DNA of 53,118 nt, filler included, from Basidioascus undulatus (Eukaryota): assembly GCA_000826855.1 (NCBI GenBank). It is 4 parts of 4 records of this genome, joined end to end, with 100 filler letters (N's around TTAATTAATTAA, not from the genome) between each part and the next. Parts side by side here need not be neighbours in the genome. Positions count along the whole stretch, not along the records: positions 39,920 to 53,118 come from JTLS01000833.1; 3 more parts are not named here. One strand, given 5' to 3'. Below, one piece after another: positions 51,900 through 53,118 of the stretch (positions are counted from its first letter, which is position 1; each line of letters opens with the position of its first letter). Both the position numbers and the translations under genes were made by a program. The notes under the pieces were generated by a model. The model saw nothing but the letters and a program-made list of their open reading frames with translations. It was not told the DNA's origin and ran no database searches.

Positions 51900-53000
51900 A
51901 GTAAGGAAGGGTTGGGAGCGGGAGAGCTGGCAGATGCACAAGAGGTAGCGCACCACAGAGACTCAGGTCCACACTGCATTGAGCTACCATCACTCCTTCT
52001 CCTCAGCATTGCACTGCTCCTTCTCTTCAGTGCTGTGCCGCTTCTGCTCCTGCTTGGTATTGCACCGCTTCTGCTCCTGCTTGGTGTCACACTGCTCCTG
52101 CTCCTTGGCATTGTGCTCTTGCTTGGTATGCGCCTGGAATGGCTTCTGAGGCCCGGGATGGCCCGGTTTTGATGCCATGCACAATAAACAATGGAGCTGT
52201 CGCAAGGGGCTGGCAACATTCCAGTAGACGTCCCAGTCAACATGTGGGTAGACATCTTGGTGGACATTGCAGTTGACATTGCAAGAGAAGGCAGGCCCAA
52301 ACACCCCAAATTGACATTCCGAGTAGCTCTTCATTAATATTTTCAACTAAGAAACAACTCTGCTATCCTTTCCATGTCCACCTAACAGAAACATCCAGCA
52401 AGCAGAATCCATTCATCCACGGCACCCTCCCGTTCTGTACCACAAACCTCCTCCACCCCTGTTCAGTTCATCGCCTCCTCATTGGCTCCATAGCGGCCCT
52501 ATCCCTGCCTTCCCCAGCCCCATTCGCAGTGGTCCCCATCTGAACCCCTGGGTGCACAAGGTGCTTGACAATGTACTCCTCTGTCAGCATGTCAGGGTCC
52601 TCCACCTTGATCTGGCTGACCCCAATGCCTGAGAATCAGCAGCGTGAAGAAAATAGATTGTGTAACATGGGAATAAAACAGAAGTTTGAATGCGCCAGCA
52701 TGGAAATCCCCAACCCTGCCCCCCTCTCCATCCTCCCCTCCAGCCCTTGCATAGCAAGATCACTGTCATGAACGTCTTAACAACTATTCAATCCTCGTCA
52801 ACTGTCAAACCTTGCCACCTCATGTCCACCTCCTTGCCTTCCTTTGTCCTATTGTCATCCTGTCCACCTCCTCGCCTTCCTTTGTCCCTTCCATCAAGCT
52901 ATTGTACTCCTGGCCTCCCTTTGTCTCTCCACAGTATAAGAACACCCACGTACCCTCTACATGTTCTCCATCTGGTCTTGCCTTCTTGTTCCCACCTTAA
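51900..53000. mobile_element. CpG-depleted degenerate repeat/transposon-like relic with internal tandem repeats
   Basis: Only about 20 CpG in about 1.1 kb by eye, with TG/CA enrichment. Degenerate repeats of about 21-24 bp at 51990-52130 (CTGCTCCTGCTTGGT) and 12-bp repeats at 52210-52280. No transposase or RT motif recognised. Confidence 0.5.
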
Positions 53001-53118
53001 CGTAGTCCCTGCTCCAACCTTACTCGTCTCGTAATCAACCATTGCCCTCACAAGCCCCGGGTAGCCCCCGTTGCGATCCGTTTCACTCTGCCGGATCCTG
53101 ACAAAAGACCAGATCAAC

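Noticed and set aside
51990..52130. Repeat array as CRISPR-like
   Set aside because: Degenerate tandem coding-type repeats with no unique spacers, in a eukaryotic context.

Overview
Eukaryotic, intron-rich, GC-rich fungal DNA. Intron style and gene content point to a basidiomycete (inference). The window is not one locus. Four pieces of 13,208, 13,206, 13,205 and 13,199 bp are joined by identical 100-bp artificial linkers (N44-TTAATTAATTAA-N44), apparently length-sorted contigs, so adjacency across linkers means nothing. Piece 1: decayed F-box gene, about 22-exon GH92 alpha-mannosidase, a small intronless gene resembling RNA Pol I subunit A14 (Rpa14/Ker1), and the mitochondrial arginine-specific carbamoyl-phosphate synthase large subunit. 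Piece 2: mitoribosomal mL46, tRNA-Leu(AAG), an inverted decayed copy of exons 2-4 of the neighbouring about 27-exon STL1-like sugar porter, that transporter, and an F-box relic. Piece 3: a possible TRFH-domain telomere protein (truncated), an F-box pseudogene and most of Tel1/ATM. Piece 4: a proline-rich protein, an Rtt107/Brc1-like BRCT protein, an intact F-box gene, pseudogenes and a CpG-depleted repeat relic. The strongest unusual signal is non-canonical splicing required by otherwise intact genes. A 67-nt AT-AC intron is needed to complete the Tel1 FATC domain, and a 58-nt GA-AG intron is needed in the GH92 gene; CPA2 also has a GC-AG intron. All gene models were built by eye without RNA data or database searches.
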